From Zygnema circumcarinatum SAG 698-1b (Eukaryota > Plantae > Zygnematophyceae), in the NCBI GenBank assembly GCA_037447605.1, contig CM074813.1:372001-436000 (forward strand): a stretch of 64,000 bases of DNA, in the 5' to 3' direction. The notes below the pieces were generated by a model. That model saw only the letters and a list, made by a program, of their open reading frames with translations, ran no database searches and had not been told where the DNA came from. Of the stretch, positions 22,874 through 35,200 are shown piece after piece; the first letter of the stretch is position 1, and the number at the start of each line of letters is the position of its first letter. A program made the translations under genes and the position numbers.

Positions 22874-23575
22874 CACTTCCTCTCCCTCTCTCTCTCTCGT
22901 TCTTCTTCTCTCTCTGTTTCCCCCCCACTCTCTCTCTCTCTCTCTTTGGCTACCTCTCCATCCCCGTTCCTTCCGCTCCCCTTCTCTCGCCCCATCCCTT
23001 CCCCTTCTCTGTTCCTCGCTTCCCTCTCTTTCTCTCTCTCTCTCGCTCTCCCCCTTTCTACCTCATGTTCGCTAACTCCGTACACTGCTGAACCCCATTT
23101 TTGTCCGCAGGTGGTCCCATGGGAGCCCGGCCCATCGGTACGGCCTCTACGCCCTCCATTGGATCGTCGAAATCAACGGTCAAGAAACTCCCGATCTCGA
23201 CGCCTTTTTGGAGGCCACAAAGGTATAGTTTATAAACTGCAAATTACTTCAACAATTTTAGCTTTACTCATTTTTTGCATTTCTACGAAACCACTTGGGG
23301 AAAAAATCTGCGCTAAAACAGCAGATTGGTTTTTATTTCGGCTTCTTCTGCCCGGTGTTGACACCATTTTTTTTTTTTTTTTTTATTGTTTGGTTTTTTA
23401 AAAAAATCAGAAACTGGAGCACGGTTCCTTTGTGCGCGTGAAAACCGTTCACCTCAACGGCAAGCCGAAGGTGTTGACTTTGAAACTAGACCTTCATTAC
23501 TGGCCGACTTGGGAGATCCGGTTTGACCCTGCGAATGCCACGTGGCGGCGTACGGTGCACCGCTCGCACGTGTGA
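16602..23575 (+). CDS. DEG7: Protease Do-like 7 (Deg7/Nma111-type HtrA/PDZ serine protease), 5'-partial
   Basis: Exons 16602-16790, 17059-17856, 18097-18279, 18575-18680, 18883-19053, 21291-21370, 21551-21778, 22207-22437, 22641-22783, 23111-23222, 23411-23575. Motifs [48 protein letters not shown] and [10 protein letters not shown]. The first (catalytic) domain is absent downstream of the gap, and exon 22641-22783 carries an in-frame TGA. Confidence 0.92.
19080..21098. repeat. ~2-kb C-rich (CCCCCT/CCCT)-type low-complexity array inside a Deg7 intron
   Basis: Almost exclusively C/T. An internal landmark (ccccatacccc/atcaccc) recurs near 19520, 19990 and 20600. Confidence 0.95.
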
Positions 23576-24539
23576 AATATTGCAAATTCTGCCGTTTTGG
23601 CAGATGTACCTTTTTTGTTTCATTTTGTGCAAAGGTTGATCTACGCGTGGATCCGGGTTTAAGAATTAGCCCTGTTCACACTTGATCCTGGGCAACAGGT
23701 TGAGTCAAGGTGTGGATAAGGAGAGAAGAGGTGCAATTAGGAGGCTTTTTGAATAAGGTTTTTTGGAATAAACCCAGTTTAGGTCATTGGGGTGCAAATG
23801 GGGGATAGGAACGAGAGCCTAATTTTTTTTTGGCTGCTCAGTTTCTCGTCATAGAGTGGTTTCCTCCGCCCCAAATTGAGGCGTCCTATGTTCATAAATG
23901 TGCACACGAAAAAGCAAAAAAGAAGAAATTGAAGTTCAGTTTCAGTTCAGCTTTTCCATGCTCCATTTCCCGTTTGTAGTTCACAGTTCAGCTAGAAGTT
24001 TTTGATGTGACGTGACGTGACAGGGACGACGAGGCGAATGACTAATCACAGGGAGGGTTTTTCGACTTGACTAAAAAGCTAAACTGGACGACACGAAACA
24101 CACTGTAATGAACATGGAAATCCGGAATGAAACGCTGCTCTCTGGGAAAAACAGGATTACGCTTAACTGGTGACTAAACTGCCTTGCGCAAAGCTGAACT
24201 GAACCCATCTACCGATAGACTGGCCAGTTTGTAGGCTCATTTTACGTGTGTGAAATCACGTGAATTCAATTTGTATATGTCGTACACTTCCGTACACAAC
24301 ATATATCACTGTGCCCGTTCAACTGTACATAGATCGCACGTGTGAAGGTGTACGGACGATCTACTGTACTTCGAGGGTTCAAAGCGAAGCTGCAAGAGAG
24401 GGATAGGCCTTGAAATTTTGGGCCATTTCAGGGCCACAAGGGGGATCAAATTTGTAATTATTTTCACAGGTGCCTCTTAATTTTTTAACATTCACTTACG
24501 CGGTTTCTTCAAGAATCTTCTTCCACATTTTTTTCGGAC

Positions 24540-25462
24540 ATGGCGGAGCCGATGATACCCACAACAGGTGAGGCCGGGCACTCATTTCCCCCTCCCCCTT
24601 TCTTTTTTTTTTTTTTTTTTAAGAAATCACGGGGGGTTTATCAATAATGTTTTTTTTTCATTCTTTATATTTTCGTCCCTTTCTTTTCGGCTTTAGACAT
24701 TTACAGACGCTTTGAAGTCCTGGCATTCACGGTTTAAGGCATGCACAGGGCAGTCAGTGCTTGTTAGGTTTCAGAGCAGCTTCAAAAGGCTTGAATGGCG
24801 GAGATTTGGTCTTCCTGCTTTGAATTGAATTTTTAACATCATAATCCGACCCTCAACATCATCATCTCCCTCGCCCCCCCCACCCTTCCCTTGCCCTCCC
24901 TCCCCCCTCCTCCCCCTCCGCCCCTCCCTCCCTCCCCCTTCCCCTCCCCCTCCCCCTCCCCCCCTCCCCCTTCCCTCCAGACCTCTGCGACGCCCACGAA
25001 GACCAGATCGCAGCCGGCACGGTCCGCGTCCTCCCCCCTCTCTTCCAGTCCTTCGGGCGGCGCGCGGCCTTTTGCGGTCCAGTGGCGACCCTCCGCGTGG
25101 CGGGGGACAACGCGCTGCTCCGCGCGGCGCTGAGCGCGGAGGGGCGAGGGCGCGTGCTCGTGGTCGACGGGGGGGGGACCCGCCGCTGCGCCCTTTTGGG
25201 GGGGAATATGGCGGCGCTCGCGGCCAAGAACGGCTGGAGCGGGGTCGTAATCAACGGCTGTGTTCGCGACGGGGACGAGATCGACGGCTGCGATGTGGCC
25301 GTGCGCGCTCTGGCGCTGCATCCCGTGAGGAGCGCGAAGAGGGGCAGCGGGGAGGCTGACGTGGCGGTCGAGATCGGAGGGGTGTGGGTGAACCCCGGGG
25401 AGTGGTGCTACGGGGACAGGGATGGGATCGTTGTTTCGGCGGTGCAGCTGGGGAAGGCGTGA
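24540..25462 (+). CDS. RraA-like / 4-hydroxy-4-methyl-2-oxoglutarate aldolase (MenG-like)
   Basis: Exons 24540-24567 and 24981-25462 (phase 1) give [15 protein letters not shown]...[12 protein letters not shown]...[17 protein letters not shown]...[14 protein letters not shown]...[12 protein letters not shown]. Confidence 0.92.
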
Positions 25463-26859
25463 GAGGGAGAAGGGGGGGGGAGGAGGGAGGGAGGGAGGGG
25501 TGGAGGGAGGGAGGAGAGAGGGGTGGAGCGGGGGAGGAGAGAGTGGCGGAAGGGAGGGAGGAGAGGGGGGTGAAGGGAGGGAGGAGAGAGGGGTGGACGG
25601 AGGGAGGAGAGAAGGGTGGAAGGGAGGGAGGAGAGAGGGGTGGAGGGAGGGAGGAGAGAGAGGTGGAGGGAGGGAGGAGAAAGGGGTGGAGGGAAGGAGA
25701 GAGGGATGGGAAGGGGGAGAGGCTGTGTGAGGGAGCAAAGTGAGAAAGGGGGGGAGGAGAGAGGAGGGGGGGGGGGGGNNNNNNNNNNGGGGGGGGGGGG
25801 GAGGGGCCGTCTCCAGTTTTTTTCTATTTTTTTTTCCATTTCCATTGTGGGGGACATGTACAATTACCAGTTTGGAAGTCGTTGAACTCTGCCATGCAGT
25901 CACAGGGGGGGAGCTTTGCTGCAGAAAAAGTGGGGCCGGGCTGTACACTGATGTTCATAGCACCGTTTGTTTTTTTTAAATGAGAGTTATTTTACTTTTT
26001 CGGAATTCTGATGTACATTGTTTCTTGCAATAAACCGACTTCGAGGATGGAGCTTTTTTTCTTAAACCAATTTTATTTTTCGTTGGAGATTGAGGTTTTG
26101 GGAGTTGGGCGGCAATTGAATGTGACGATTGTCACGCGAATATGTGCAGGCGAGTTTAAGGTTTTCAGTATGGAATGAATGCGATGTAAAATTCAAAAAA
26201 TTGAATAAAAAAATGATGAGTGGAAAAACTTCGAAATTGGCCCATGTCTCCTCGCATGAGGGCCAAACCGCAAACCACAAACCCGGTTTGTACCCAAAAA
26301 CTGCCCACATGCATGCTCAAGGCAGGGCCCAAAAGGCCCGAAAATGTGACTTTAGCCTCCAGTCGGCTCCAATAACTTTATCGAAGGTTACGGAATTTTG
26401 TGATCCACGTGGCGCTTTTCAATTTGCCTGAATCCGATACGATTGGATTTGAATGTACGAAATGTCAGTGATTCGTACAGAATCTGTTACTTTATCGAAT
26501 GGACCAGCAGTTGGTAACTTTGTCGGGAGTTGGGCAGCAGTGGCCAATACGACCCCTATTGACTTTGGAGGCTTTGTTACCTTATCAAATGATACTTTAT
26601 ACTGTAAGAGATTGAAGTACCGTACGGTCGAGACGACTTTTGCGAGACTCGTGGGGCAACTTTTCGACACGTGTCCACCTCCGATTGCCTCCGTCTCCCT
26701 CCTCTCCCTCGCTTCTTCCTCCCACTCCCACTCCCACTCCCACTCTCACTCCTGCCTTTCCACCTCCCTCTCCCTCTCCCTCTCTTCCTCTTCCTCTCCC
26801 TCTCCCTCTCCCTCTCCCGTTTCCCCTCCCCCTCCCCCTCGCCCTCTCCCTCTCCCTCC

Positions 26860-29091
26860 ATGGCCGCCGCCACGTGGCGTCGATACAACCGCGCGCTCCA
26901 AGAGCGGCCTCTGCTCACCAAGGTACGGACGACGTCACGGCTTACGGAAACTGAGAACAGGTTCTTCATGGAAACCCTAATCTTCATGCGGAGGGAGGCA
27001 TCCCTTTATGCTGCGATTGAAAATTAGGGTTTGGAATATTCCGATTTCCATTGACCTTAAAACCTTCAATTCCCTGAATTTCCTTTCTATTCCCCCTTTT
27101 ATTTCCCTCTCTCTCTCTCTCTTTATGCTCCCTTTCCCTCCCCCCTTTCCTCTCTCTCCCCCTCTTTCTCTCTCTTTCTCTCTCTATCTCTCTCTGTCCT
27201 TTTCACCCTTTCCTCCTTCCGCCCTATCTCGCTGCACCCCATTAACTTCGAATGTAAGCTGTTTTGTGAATAAATTAGTGCTTCATCACCTTTCTGTGCA
27301 GGCCCTGACCGCCGGAGCCATGGCAGGGCTCAGCGACATTTTAGCACAGAAATTATCGAACTCGAAAGGAGTACATCTCCGCCGCACGGTGCTTATGGCG
27401 GTACGTGCCACTTTCCAAAAGTACTGTTAAAAAAACTGGAAATACATTAGATCTTTGGCGCATTTGATTCATGCATATTTGGTTTGGTGCCCCCCTCCGC
27501 CCTCTCTTTTTTGCATTGCTAATTTTTTGTTTTTGGATGATTTCAGATTTTTGGCTTTGTGTACAGCGGCCCGAGCGCTCACTATGTGCACAAATTTTTA
27601 GAACTACTGTTTGACAGGAAGCAAGATATGAACACAGTTGTAAAGAAGGTACCTCTCCCTGTCCCTCACTCTCTCTCACCTCCCTCTCTCTCTCTCTCCT
27701 TCCCCCCCTCAACAAGGTGATCTCTTTTGAGTGTCCATTCCATCTCTCTCGCCATTCTCCCCTTTCTCTCTTCTCCTCTCCTTCCCCTCCCCGTCCTCTC
27801 CTCCCCATTTCTCTCCCTTTCCCCTTCCCCTTCCTCTCCCTCCCTCTCTTCCTCAGCCAAATCCCTATGCGTACTCCAACATAAAAACTGAAATATTTTC
27901 TTATAATCTCGTCCGTTTTAGTTATCATTTTCTTTTTTAGATTGTGCTCCATTTCAGGTAATTTTGGAGCAAGTCACTTACGGCCCCGTCTGCAACATCG
28001 CTTTTTTGGCGTACATTTCTGCAATTGTGGAAGGTCAATACATAGTATTTTCTATCCTCAGCAGTTTGGAAAGCTGAAAGTTCTAAAATTACCTTAAAAA
28101 TCGGTACACAAATTCGAATATTCCGGATTATATGTTTTCCTGCCCCGGCCTTTCCTCGTGGTTTCTTCGTTGAGACGGAGCCGAGGCGTTCCATGTGCAG
28201 GACGGTCGCTGCAGTTCACCGGACGGAAGGTTCTGACAAGTTACCCCTCCGTACAGCTCAATGGCTGGAAGGTGAGAGGAGGGCGAGGAAGGGAGGGAGT
28301 GGGTCGGAGGGGAGGGGAGGGAGGGAGGGAGGGAGGAAGGGAGAGAGAGGAGTTGAGGGCGAGGACGGGGTAGGGTACGGGTGGAGAGGGAGGGAGGTCA
28401 AAGGAGGAAACGAGCGAATAGTAGAGATGGGAGGGAGAAGGGCGACGGAAGGGCAAGGTGTGGGGAGGGAGAAGAGGATTATGGGAGGGAAGAGGTAGTG
28501 GGAGTGGGAGTGGGAGTGGGAGTGGGAGTGGGAGTGGGAGTGGGAGTGNNNNNNNNNNGGGAGTGGGAGTGGGAGTGGGAGTGGGAGTGGGAGTGGGAGT
28601 GGAAGGAGAGGGAGAGGGAGAGGGGGATGAAGAGGGAGAAGGGGAGGGGGAGGGAGAGGGAAAGGGAGAGGGAGAGGGAGGGGGAGGGGGGAATGGGAGT
28701 GGGCGAGGGAGAGGGAGGAGTTTGAGGCCGGCCTTTGTCTCGTGCAGGTGTGGCCTCTTGCCGCTTTTGTTAATTACAGATTTATTCCGATTGAGCTTCG
28801 GGTCCTTTTTATCAATGTTGTCGCTCTTTTCTGGTGAGTTCCGCTCCACATGTTCCCTTCATCTACATCTTTATATATTTCTATATCATTTTTGTTGTAT
28901 TTTTGGGTAAATAGCGAAATCCACTTGCTGCGAAAATGTAAAAACTTAATTTTGTAACTTTGACGACAGATATTTGTGAATATAATTTCGAAAGCGGGCC
29001 TCACCCCCCTCCGGAAAAAAAATTGTGCTGCAGGTCGACCTTTCTCATCTTAAAATCACGTTCACCGGCAGCTAAAGTTAAATCGGCCTGA
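26860..29091 (+). CDS. PMP22: Mpv17/PMP22 family peroxisomal membrane protein
   Basis: Exons 26860-26922, 27302-27400, 27547-27648, 27958-28033, 28201-28271, 28748-28833, 29034-29091, all phase-consistent. Motifs Y..ALQERPLLTKALTAG, FGFVYSGP, KKVILEQ, SYPSVQLNGWKVWP and NYRFIPIELRV. Confidence 0.9.
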
Positions 29092-30448
29092 AGTGGAATT
29101 ATTTCTTCCCATTCACATTATGAATAAAGGAGGGAGGTAAAGAATAATGTAGAAATCTAGTGAAAGGGGGAGAGAGGGAGAGGGAGAGGAGGAGCAGCAG
29201 AGGCAACGTAGAAAAGGAAGGTGATCAAAGTGAGAATCGTGAGCCGCATTCTCCAAGTTCTATGTATGAACGAAGGTCCGTTAGGTTAGAGAGATAGGTT
29301 TTTTTCTGAAACAATTTCCAAATTCCAATCTTTGGACCTCGCGATCTATTTGATAGTGCATATTAGCGTAATAAAGCTCGCGATTACATGCGTTCACACG
29401 TGCGGGTCGGTGTGAAGCACATCGTGGAAGACTTCCCTTCAGCTGACAGTTTGTTCTGTCATGTCGAGGTCTTGTTCCGTTCCATGTGTTGTAAGTTCAG
29501 TTCTTAGCAGTTCTGTTCTGTTCTGCACATATCACACCATGATGTGATGCAACATGACGCGAAAGCTTAAGACACAAACCCTTTTTTATGCATCTCAAAG
29601 CATCACCGAGGTTAGTTAGGGTTTTGAAAAGTAAATTCACTCATTCTTAGGGTTCAGGATTCCTGGAAAAATTCACCACAGCGTAACCTCACAAAAAACA
29701 GAACAGTGCGCGGCAAATCAACACTCTCAGAGTGTGTCAGGTAATTTCGTTTCCATTTCCGTACAATGGAGAATTTAAAAGTGACCAATGGCCTACCCAT
29801 ACCCAAGTAACCCCTTGAATGTTCCAAAGAAAAGGTGGAGAGCGAGGAGTAGGCGGAGAGAGAGAGGGAGGAGGGAGAGGGAGAGAGAATCAGTCCCCTA
29901 CCTCCAAAACGTTTTTCCTAGTCAAACTTCAAACTGCTGTTAACGAGTAAAATCTGATATTCTAAATTCCTCTAGTCCCAATTTACACCCCCCCCCCCCC
30001 CTCCCTAACTTGAGATATCTCATTTTACTCGCTTACTTGACTTCGGCAGATAGATACATTGCACTGAACTGAACTGAAACTAAACAGGACAGCACTGACA
30101 TGGAGCATGTGCTCTCCGTTTTCCCCGGACATGGTAGTAAGGCTGCTGGTGATGAAAATTTTCCTTTGGAAAAAATAAACCCACCTTCGCTCCTCTGCCA
30201 CGTGTCCGAAAAAAAAGGGCCATGTACGCCCCTTTGAACGCCCCTCAAACTTCACTGCGCGAGTTTTTGTCGAAAAACTACAAACTAAAACTTCGAGTTA
30301 CCAACCCCAACGCTTTGCAGGTTTGCAACTCCTCCCCCTTTTTTGCCCCATTTTTGTCTTTTTTCCCTCGTTAGAAATGGAGCGCAAGCGGCGGCTCACT
30401 ACTATCCTCAAGGGAAAAACGTGCGGAAAAACTAGGAATCCGAAAAAC

Positions 30449-30619
30449 TCAGTTTTTAGGATTCCCTTGGTTTGCAGCCTCCGCACGAAGCGACTCCTTC
30501 AGGCGGCCGACCTGGTACATGAGCTCCACTTTGTGCATCTCCTTCGGCTTCTGCACCCACCAGCTTTCAAGGGTTTAGGGGGGGGGAGAGAGAGGGAGAG
30601 AGAGAGAGGGAGAGAGAGA

Positions 30620-30663
<44 letters not shown>

Positions 30664-32198
30664 CGCGGGAGAGGCGCAGAGAGCGAAAGAGAGAGAGAGG
30701 GAGAGAAAGAGAGGGAGAGAACGAGCGAGCGAGAGAGAGAGAGAGGGAGAGAAAGAGAGCGAGAGAGAGAGAAAGAGGGAGAGACGCGGGAGAGGCGCAG
30801 AGAGCGAAAGAGAGAGAGAGGGAGAGAAAGAGAGCGAGAGAGAGACGCGGGAGAGGCGCAGAGAGCAAGAGAGAGAGGGGGAGAGAAAGAGAGGGAGAGA
30901 ACGAGAGAGCGAGAGAGAGAGAGGGTGTGAGAGGGAGGCTCCGGTTTAGGGATTAGGATTTAGAGAAGACCAATTTGGTGTACCTTGGCAAGGACCTCGC
31001 AAACTAATTCCCCGTTCCGTGTGACCGATTTCATGAAGAGAATACTGAACCCCATTTCCATGAGCAGATTTGGGAGCGCTATGTGCATCTCCGTTGACTT
31101 GCAAAAAATCTACACATCGCCGCCGAAGGAAAAAGAAAGGAAGAACAAAGTCAATTAAAAGCCCATAAACACGAAAAAGCCCGTTTCTCGCCTTGCCATT
31201 CCGTTAAGGGACTAATTACGTATTTCTTTTTTAAGCAAAAACTTCCTTTCTTCCCTTTGTTCACCCTCTTCCACTGTCCTCCTCGTCTCCTTAGCATCTC
31301 CCTCCTTCCTTCTCCCTCCCCTCTCCCACCTCCCCACTCCGTCCTCCCCTCTCTGTCCTCCCCTCTCCCTCCTCCCCTCTCCGACCTCCCCTCTCCGACG
31401 TCCCCTCTCCCTCCCCTCTCCCACCTCCCCACTCCGTCCTCCCCTCTCTGTCCTCCCCTCTCCCTCCTCCCCTCTCCGACCTCCCCTCTCCGACGTCCCC
31501 TCTCCCTCCCGTCCGAGCACCTCCCCCCTCCGTCCCTCCCTCTCTGTCCTCCCCTCTCCCTCCTCCCCTCTCCGACCTCCCCTCTCCCCCTCCGTCCCCT
31601 CTCCCTCCCCTCTCCCACCTCCCCACTCCGTCCTCCCCTCTCTGTCCTCCCCTCTCCCTCCTCCCCTCTCCGACCTCCCCTCTCCGACGTCCCCTCTCCC
31701 TCCCCTCTCCCACCTCCCCACTCCGTCCTCCCCTCTCTGTCCTCCCCTCTCCCTCCTCCCCTCTCCGACCTCCCCTCTCCGACGTCCCCTCTCCCTCCCC
31801 TCTCCCACCTCCCCACTCCGTCCTCCCCTCTCTGTCCTCCCCTCTCCCTCCTCCCCTCTCCGACCTCCCCTCTCCGACGTCCCCTCTCCCTCCCCTCTCC
31901 CACCTCCCCACTCCGTCCTCCCCTCTCTGTCCTCCCCTCTCCCTCCTCCCCTCTCCGACCTCCCCTCTCCGACGTCCCCTCTCCCTCCCCTCTCCCACCT
32001 CCCCACTCCGTCCTCCCCTCTCTGTCCTCCCCTCTCCCTCCTCCCCTCTCCCTCCCCTCTCCCACCTCCCCACTCCCTCCTCCCCTCTCCGACCTCCCTT
32101 CTCCCTCCCAACCTCTCCCACCTCCCCTCTCACCTCCATCCAGACGTGCTCTGCGGGCCGGTCGAGCGTGCGGAAGACGTCTCCCTCTCCCTGCACCG

Positions 32199-32229
<31 letters not shown>

Positions 32230-35200
32230 CCTCTCTCCCCTCACAGAGCGGAGAGTCTCCCTCAGCTCCGCCGCCATCAGAAGGAAGTCCCACTTGTTGT
32301 GCGTCTCCTCCAGCACGCGCGTGATTTTTTGCCCCTGCCCGAAAACCAACCCCCCCCACAAAAGAAAAAAATTAAAAATAACCAAAAAAAAACGCCGATA
32401 AATAATTGGTTGCAAAACATAAACCACTTCAGGATTCTTTCTTTTTTGAGAAGCTTCAGCCTTTCTATAACGTCGAATATTTTCCGTTTTTCCGTTTTCA
32501 TGACAGTAAAACAACAGCTGAAACAGTTTGAAGGGTGTATCTATTTCCACAGCATAAAACTACGATAAAACTATGGCATTATTTTTTATTTATTTTTCCT
32601 AAAAAATGTGAATAAAAAATCCCTACCTCTACATTCCCAACAATCGTTCGGAGGTCTTCAATTCTATCTTTAAAAAGTTGTCGATCTCTCGGTCTCGGTC
32701 TCTTTACGGGAACACATCTTCTTTGCCCATTTTTCTCTGAAGTCAAAACTGTTCCATTCGGAACAGTTTGCTGCTTGGACCCCTCTCCTTCCTCTCTCCC
32801 TCTCTTCTCTCTCCCTCTCTCCTCTCTCCCTCTCTCCTCTCTCCCTCTCTCCTCTCTCCCTCTCTTCCGGCTCCGTGCTTTCAGTTCCACAATAGTCTCC
32901 CACGGCTTGCTCTCATTGGCCTCCGGTGCGATCACCCTTCCTGCCCAACTACTCAACCAGTTCCTTGTCACAGTTCCGTTTCCGTTGCCACTTCCTTCAA
33001 CCGCAAAATTTGAGTTTCTGGAAGTCGAAACATTTGTGATTGGCTTCACATTTTGGGCTGTTTGAGATAGAGAGCGTTGGGGGACTATAGGGTTTGCAGA
33101 AGTTTCCAGACGAAGGAGAGAGGAGGGGAGAGAGAGAGCTATCTGTTCAGTTACACTCTTTTCCATGCGAGCGATCGCATCATGAAACCCCTCTCCCGGT
33201 ATAGCTCCTCCTTCTCCTCCTCTCTCTCCCACCACCCCTCCCACCTCTCTCACTCCCACCTCTCTCCCTCCCACCTCTCTCACTCCCCCCTCTCTCACTC
33301 CCCCCTCTCTCCCTCCCACCTCTCTCACTCCCCCCTCTCTCCGTCCCACCTCTCTCCCTCCCACCTCTCTCCCTCCCACCTCCCTCCCTCCCACCTCTCT
33401 CCCTCCCTCCGCCTCTCTCGTCGCATGGTGGGAAACGGCTGAGCCAGTTTGCAGGGATGTTAAGGACCCCTGCTTAGCCCTAATTTCTTCCTCCTCTATT
33501 GTGGTTTCCTGCAATTGCGAGAAACATGGCGGCCAAATGTCCACTAAGGGAGGCATCGAATCGGAGGATACGGACACAACCCCACTGCTTTGGCTCCCTC
33601 CCGGATGGATAGCGGCACCTGCCACGTCAGCAAGTTCACCGCCCAATCGCGACATTTGGGGGGCCATAAAAAGGTCCCACGGCCGCGACGCGTTCTGTGT
33701 GAAACTAGTTCCGTTCTGCGTTAGATTCAGTCCGCTTTGCGGAAACGCCGTTCCGTTCGGAGGAAACTCCGTTACGGTCGACGGAAAAAATCTTCCGAGT
33801 AACTGATCGACTGCGCCTCCGTTCGTTGTGGAGGCCATATCCGCACATGTAGACGCGGCCTCAGTTCCGTTTTCAGTAAATCCCCGCAACTGAAAGAAAT
33901 CCGTCACAGGGGAAGCCTTATTTTTGTTGTCCGTTTCCGTTACCTGTAAACCGAGCCCCCTCAAAAAAGCGGCTTCCGAATCTTTTTTCGCTGCCCCAAC
34001 GTCCTCCAGTTGTTTCGAAACGCTTAAAATATTTCCAACATTGGTCCCCAGATTTCCGGGCAGCCCGAAATTCTCCCAAAGCCCACTTAAATTTTCGCAG
34101 CTTGTAAGGGCCGATAGTTCGTCCTTTCCTAAGGAGTGAGGGCCATCAACCAATGCAGAAAATAGCTCATTCCCACTCCCCCCCTCCCTTCCCCCTCCCA
34201 CTCCTATCCCTCCCTCTCCTCCCACTCCTACCTCCACTTCTCTCCCTCCTACCTCCACTCCTCCCATTCCAGCTCCTTCCACTCCTCTCCCTCCCACTCC
34301 CCCTCCCACACCTATCCCTCTCTCCTCTCCCACTCCGATTCCTTCCTCCACTCCTCTCCCTCCTACCTCCACTCCTCCCACTCTCACTCCCACTCCCACT
34401 CCCACTCCCACTCCCACTCCCACTCCCACCCCCACTCCCACTCCCACTCCCACTCCCACTCCTCTCTCTTCGCTGAACGCAAGAGAGCTCTGAACGTCTC
34501 CCACTCCTCCCTCCAAACCGAAAGCTCCCATTGGCTGCCCTAGGCCCCCAAATGCCCGTACATCCGTACCGCAATTTTGTCCTATTCGGGAAACCACGTG
34601 GGCCCCACAACTTCCTGACATCAATTCCGGGGCTGCGGAAGATGCGAACGAAGTTTCCAGGAAGTTTCCTCCCATCTCGGAGGCCAGGTGGGCCCCACAA
34701 CTCCCTGAAATTAATTCCGGAGCCAAAGTTTGTCCTATATGGGTCGGGAAGTGGGCCCCACAGGGCTCAAAAAACGACGAAACTTCGTCCTGTTGCAGAT
34801 TCTGAACCCAAAACCCTCCTGGGTTTAAAGAAGATGTTTCAATATTTTCAATAGTTGAAAATTGGCTACCGAAAAATGCACCGGAAGACCCCATTTGCGC
34901 CCCATTTTCGGCGGTTCCCGAAAATCGGGTTGCGTTTTCGAGCCCCTTTACCCCATTTGTACCCAATCTCGTGGGAGAGGAAAAGCCTTTATCTCCTCCT
35001 CCCCACATTTGTCCTGCATGTCTCGTCGCAGAAGAAGACAAGATCTGTTTCGCGGCCGGCTTCCTGGAAGCTTCCTCCAGCGAAATTCGGGGCGGAATTT
35101 GCAGTTGGGAAGGGGTCGAAAATGGAAATCCGAGATTGGGTTTATATGCGCTCTGTGCCGTAAAGCGTGATTCTGCATTTGCCCACGGAACTTGAGACGG

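Noticed and set aside
31151-32550. 300-420-aa Gly/Glu/Arg- and Pro/Leu/Ser-rich ORFs
   Set aside because: Translations of the intronic 95-bp minisatellite. Only the short embedded LHW exons are supported.
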